A DNA stretch of 64,000 nucleotides, from the NCBI GenBank assembly GCA_963836185.1, contig CAWIIQ010000003.1:480001-544000 (forward strand), written 5' to 3'. The notes below the pieces were generated by a model. That model was given only the letters and a program-made list of their open reading frames with translations, made no database searches and was not told where the DNA came from. Positions within the stretch are counted from its first letter, which is position 1. The number at the start of each line of letters is the position of its first letter. The DNA comes from Candidatus Krumholzibacteriia bacterium. GTDB lineage: Bacteria > Krumholzibacteriota > Krumholzibacteriia > Krumholzibacteriales > Krumholzibacteriaceae. Below, in pieces: positions 60,119 through 64,000 of the stretch. The position numbers and the translations under genes are program-made.

Positions 60119-62380
60119 ATGGCTACCTCGACACTACTGGCCTCCTTCTACTTCATATGTGGAGCGGCGATCATCTTCCTCGCCGTCCTGATAATGCGTT
60201 TCTCATCGAGGGACGTATCGACGTGGTCCACGGCCCTCGTCATGCTCTTTGCCGGTATCGGGCCTATCCTCGGCGCTATAGGCGTCATCATCCTGAGAAA
60301 CCTTCCCGAGGGCACATATCTCTTCGAAAATGTCATTGAGAGCTTTGACTATACCTGGGAGTTCTTCTTTCCCGCGCTGCTGCTGATGGCCTTCGTCTAC
60401 CCGAAACGCTATCCGATCTGGAAGTATCTGCGAAGATTCGCGTTCATCCTCTTTCTGCCCCATGTGTTCCATCTTCTGATGGTCCTTTTCCTGGTCAACA
60501 GGGTCAACCCGGCGAGAATCTTCAACTGGGTCGCTGATATCCCGGTGCCTTCCAGCGCGCTCGCGACATATACGAACACCCTCTCGAAATCGCTCAATGT
60601 CTTCTCCGAGCTGCTGTTCAAGGCGCACAACCAGATGTTCTCGCTGGTCAACGTGATGTATGCCGTTCTGGCCCTGATACTGCTCGCTGTATCGATGCGC
60701 AGGGACCTAACTCCGAGAATGAAACGGCAGACACAGATCATGCTCGCCGGCCTCGGGATAGCGATAATGACCTATTCGTTCGCCCGCGTCGTTCCGTATT
60801 TTATGACGATGGACATCGACAGGGCCGTCGCATCGGCCCTGGTAAATGCTTCGCTGATCATCAGCGGTGGCTCGATAGCGTATGTGATCCTCAAATACCA
60901 GCTTCTCGATGTGCGGCTTATCGCGAGAAAGGGCCTCTTCTACGCCGTGACGGCAGCGGTGTTCGCCCTCTTCTACCTGATAATCATCAAGCAGTTCACC
61001 AGGTTCATCCTGACATATACGGGGACCGAGCTCGAGTTCGTCGAGACACTTCTGATCGTCCTGTTCATCATCGCCTTCCAGCCTGTGCTGATGCGCCTGG
61101 AGGAGTGGACCGAGAAGGCCCTGATGAGGGGGCAGAGTCCCAGGGTGAAGCTGCAGAACCTCAGCAACGAGCTTCTGACCGCCGTGGACGCCGAGTCGAT
61201 GAAGGAAAGGATGAAAAAGGTCCTTTCTGAAGTCTTTCAGACCGACGATGTCGAGTTGATATTCCGCGACGAGATCCTCGATCTGAAGGACGAGGATATA
61301 TACGCCGAGAAGGTCCTCGAGCTCCTCGAGCAGGTCGCGGAGCCTGTCAGCCGTCTCGACTACATGGAGGCGCTCGGCTTCATGCGTGTAAGGAAGGGAA
61401 TGTTCCGCCCCGGCAGAAAGCTGATCCGTGAAGCGGTAGATACCCTTCCCGGCATCGTCAGGGAGATGGCGGGTCACGAGCTTATAGTGCCCGTAGTACA
61501 TAACGGCGAGTGCGTCGCCGTGATCCTCCTGGGCGATAAACGCGACGGCGGCAGGTACAGCATGCAGAATCAGGCGATGATGTCGATGCTCTCCAACCAG
61601 GTCGCTTCGTCTCTTTCGAGGATGGAACTCCTTGAAGAGCTCGTCGAGAAGAAGGTCATGGAGGAGGAGCTCAATATTGCCAGGACGATTCAGATCAACC
61701 TTCTTCCCTCCGCACCGCCCGAGCTCGATAATTACGAGGCGTCGGCGCTGAGCGTCTCAAGCAAGCAGGTCGGCGGAGACTACTACGATTTCATCAAAAA
61801 CGGCCGTTATTTTGCCTTTACTGTAGCCGATGTGTCGGGCAAGGGCGTTCCCGCATCGCTGCTGATGGCCTCGCTTCAGGCTAGCCTGAGGGCGATGAAG
61901 GACAGGATGACCGATCCTGTCGCCATCATAGGGCGTCTCAACGACGTGATGTGCGAGATCACCTCTTCCGACAAGTTCGCGACGATGTTCTACGGATGCA
62001 TCGATCTCGAACGCAACGAGGTCGCATACTCGAACGCTGGGCACTTCTTTCCGGTGGTCGTCAGGGAAGGCGGGATCGTAGATGTGCTTGATTACAGCGG
62101 ACTTATCCTCGGTGTAAAACCAGGGTTCCCCTACGAGACGCACAAGACTAAATTCAAGCTGGACGACATGATCGTCGTTACGACCGACGGCGTCACCGAG
62201 GCCGAAAACCGTGCCGGTGAGCTATACGGAGAGGAACGCCTCCACCCATTCCTCGCCGGCATGCACGGGAGCAGCGCCGACGAGGTCAGGGACGCGATCG
62301 TCAAGGAAGTGGACAGATTTTCCCACCCGGTCGGTGCGAACGACGACCTCACAATCCTTGTAGTCAAGAGGACCGAATAA
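60119..62380 (+). CDS. Membrane-bound SpoIIE/RsbU-type PP2C phosphatase with GAF-like domain
   Basis: Multi-TM N-terminus; A..IQ..LLP, VGGDYYD, ADVSGKG, NAGH, TDGVTE, DDLT. Confidence 0.9.
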   Translation: MATSTLLASFYFICGAAIIFLAVLIMRFSSRDVSTWSTALVMLFAGIGPILGAIGVIILRNLPEGTYLFENVIESFDYTWEFFFPALLLMAFVYPKRYPIWKYLRRFAFILFLPHVFHLLMVLFLVNRVNPARIFNWVADIPVPSSALATYTNTLSKSLNVFSELLFKAHNQMFSLVNVMYAVLALILLAVSMRRDLTPRMKRQTQIMLAGLGIAIMTYSFARVVPYFMTMDIDRAVASALVNASLIISGGSIAYVILKYQLLDVRLIARKGLFYAVTAAVFALFYLIIIKQFTRFILTYTGTELEFVETLLIVLFIIAFQPVLMRLEEWTEKALMRGQSPRVKLQNLSNELLTAVDAESMKERMKKVLSEVFQTDDVELIFRDEILDLKDEDIYAEKVLELLEQVAEPVSRLDYMEALGFMRVRKGMFRPGRKLIREAVDTLPGIVREMAGHELIVPVVHNGECVAVILLGDKRDGGRYSMQNQAMMSMLSNQVASSLSRMELLEELVEKKVMEEELNIARTIQINLLPSAPPELDNYEASALSVSSKQVGGDYYDFIKNGRYFAFTVADVSGKGVPASLLMASLQASLRAMKDRMTDPVAIIGRLNDVMCEITSSDKFATMFYGCIDLERNEVAYSNAGHFFPVVVREGGIVDVLDYSGLILGVKPGFPYETHKTKFKLDDMIVVTTDGVTEAENRAGELYGEERLHPFLAGMHGSSADEVRDAIVKEVDRFSHPVGANDDLTILVVKRTE

Positions 62381-62381
62381 G

Positions 62382-62822
62382 ATGTCAGGCACGGGCGATG
62401 CATCAAACGTGGAGGGCAGGATCCTCGCAATCGATCCGGGGACGAAGCGGACCGGCCTCGCCCTGAGCGACGAACTTGGGATAACTGCCCAGGGATTAGA
62501 GACTTACGCTGGTCCGTCGAAGGCGCTGGTCGAACATGTGGGTGCCCTGGCCGGTGAATATGGTATAATGACCGTTGTGATAGGTCTTCCTCTCTCGATG
62601 AGCGGAGAGGAACTGGAGAACGCGAAATACTCGAGGGAACTGGGCGCTGCTATCGAAAAGCAATACGGGATCGAAGTAGTTCTCAGGGATGAGCGGATGA
62701 CGAGCCTGGAGGTCGAACGGGTCATGAAGCAGGAGGGCAGGATAAAGAACGCCGGTGATATCGACCGGCTGTCGGCAGTCCTGCTCCTGTCATCTTATCT
62801 CGAGGAAAGGGGGGCGCGGTGA
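62382..62822 (+). CDS. ruvX: Holliday junction resolvase-like / pre-16S rRNA nuclease YqgF
   Basis: LAIDPGTKRTGLALSD, GLP, DERMTS, D.LSA. Confidence 0.92.
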   Translation: MSGTGDASNVEGRILAIDPGTKRTGLALSDELGITAQGLETYAGPSKALVEHVGALAGEYGIMTVVIGLPLSMSGEELENAKYSRELGAAIEKQYGIEVVLRDERMTSLEVERVMKQEGRIKNAGDIDRLSAVLLLSSYLEERGAR

Positions 62823-63949
62823 AGATCGTTAGGCATATCTCGGTCACCATAGCTATGATCGCCACGGTTCTCTTTCTCGCCGGCCTTCACTTCAGCGTCC
62901 TCTACTACAAGGACGGCGGCGACCTCGACGCTCCGAGGATAGAGGTAAAGGTCGCACCGGGGATGACCTTCAGCCAGGTCCAGGCCGATCTTGTGGAGAA
63001 GGGGATCGTGACCAACCCCGAACTATTCCGATGGGCTGCCTATCTCACTAGACGCGAGGATGACATCCAGACGGGGCGGTACCTATTCAGGTACGGCGAG
63101 AGTGTTTCGTGCCTTCTGCGCAAGCTCTCCCACGGCGAGGTCGAATATACCCGCGTCGCCGTTCCCGAGGGCCTGTATATGACCGAAATCGCCTCTCTTC
63201 TCCAGAAGAAGGAGGTGGTCGATTCGGCCGCATTTATGGAGACGGCGACTGATTCACAGTTCGTTACCAGCCTCGGGATAGTGGAGCCGTCACTCGAGGG
63301 ATACCTTTTCCCCGACACCTATCTTTTCAGATGGCCTATCGGTTCAGAAGAGGTCGCGAGACGTATGGTCTACCGTTTCCGCGAGATATACGATATGAAC
63401 GTCGCTCAGGACGCCGATTCGATCGGCATGCACATGTCGCATGTGGTCAGTCTCGCGTCGATTGTCCAGGCCGAGGCGGTCTACGACTCGGAGATGCCGA
63501 GGATATCGGCCGTATATCACAACAGGCTCAAGGCAGGGATGCGGCTCGAAGCTGACCCGACGGTGGCCTACGCGCTCGGCGGCGTCCGCAGAAGGCTGTG
63601 GCTGAAGGATCTCAGGGTCAAGTCACCTTACAATACATACAGGAACAAGGGCCTGCCGCCCGGCGCCATCTGCAATCCCGGGCAGGCTGCTCTAGAGGCG
63701 GCCGTCAACCCGCTCACCGGAAGTAACGAGTATTACTTCGTCGCCGACGGTACGGGGAGGCATCATTTCACCAGGACATATAACGAGCACTTGCAGGCGA
63801 AGCACAGGATCAAGTACGGCCCCGTGCCGGCCGAGATCAGGAGCAGCCCAGGCCCCGCCGTAACGGACGCCCCGGGACCCGAAGCGGCAGACTCGCCTGA
63901 TGACTCGTCCGAACAGAAATCACCGCCCGAAGATGAGGACGAGGGATAG
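62819..63949 (+). CDS. mltG: Endolytic transglycosylase MltG
   Basis: PEG, LEGYLFPDTY, LASIVQAE, NRL..GM.L.ADPT, SPYNTY...GLPPG.I.NPG. Confidence 0.95.
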   Translation: MKIVRHISVTIAMIATVLFLAGLHFSVLYYKDGGDLDAPRIEVKVAPGMTFSQVQADLVEKGIVTNPELFRWAAYLTRREDDIQTGRYLFRYGESVSCLLRKLSHGEVEYTRVAVPEGLYMTEIASLLQKKEVVDSAAFMETATDSQFVTSLGIVEPSLEGYLFPDTYLFRWPIGSEEVARRMVYRFREIYDMNVAQDADSIGMHMSHVVSLASIVQAEAVYDSEMPRISAVYHNRLKAGMRLEADPTVAYALGGVRRRLWLKDLRVKSPYNTYRNKGLPPGAICNPGQAALEAAVNPLTGSNEYYFVADGTGRHHFTRTYNEHLQAKHRIKYGPVPAEIRSSPGPAVTDAPGPEAADSPDDSSEQKSPPEDEDEG

Positions 63950-64000
63950 GGAGGATCCGGAGTGGCGGCAGTCAAACTCGAACGACTCAAGGAAATGATA

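Noticed and set aside
63962-64000. Start of a next gene (GTG GCG GCA GTC AAA..., after RBS GGAGG)
   Set aside because: Only 13 codons are inside the window, too few to assign.

Overview
A GC-rich bacterial chromosomal segment. It is probably from an FCB-superphylum candidate lineage such as Krumholzibacteriota, Latescibacterota or Eisenbacteria; this is inferred from FlgD/T9SS-like C-terminal sorting domains, an SWGxIK C-terminal motif and ileS-dksA-lspA synteny. The left third holds arrays of Ig/FN3/PKD-repeat and Gly-rich surface lipoproteins, a frameshifted S9 peptidase, an OPT transporter, and tmRNA (ssrA). The tmRNA is followed by a ~1 kb greA-only islet bounded by a 35-bp direct repeat of the ssrA 3' end and an orphan IS3-like end. 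The middle holds ettA, a GIY-YIG protein, a serine hydrolase, a YchF derivative lacking its P-loop, a nine-gene arsenic cluster (arsR-arsP-arsEFG-like, then arsR-arsC-arsM-acr3), dinB, a metal transporter, a DHH hydrolase, a large secreted GH57 and an HNH endonuclease. The right part is a housekeeping run: pepP-like, yggS-yggT-divIVA-yggU-PNP-ileS-dksA-like-lspA-rluD, a STAS/RsbW/SpoIIE partner-switching trio, ruvX and mltG. Many genes carry single-base indels that look like long-read assembly errors rather than true pseudogenes. I saw no CRISPR array, rRNA, tRNA or intact transposase/integrase. All family assignments come from recognising motifs by eye; no searches were run.
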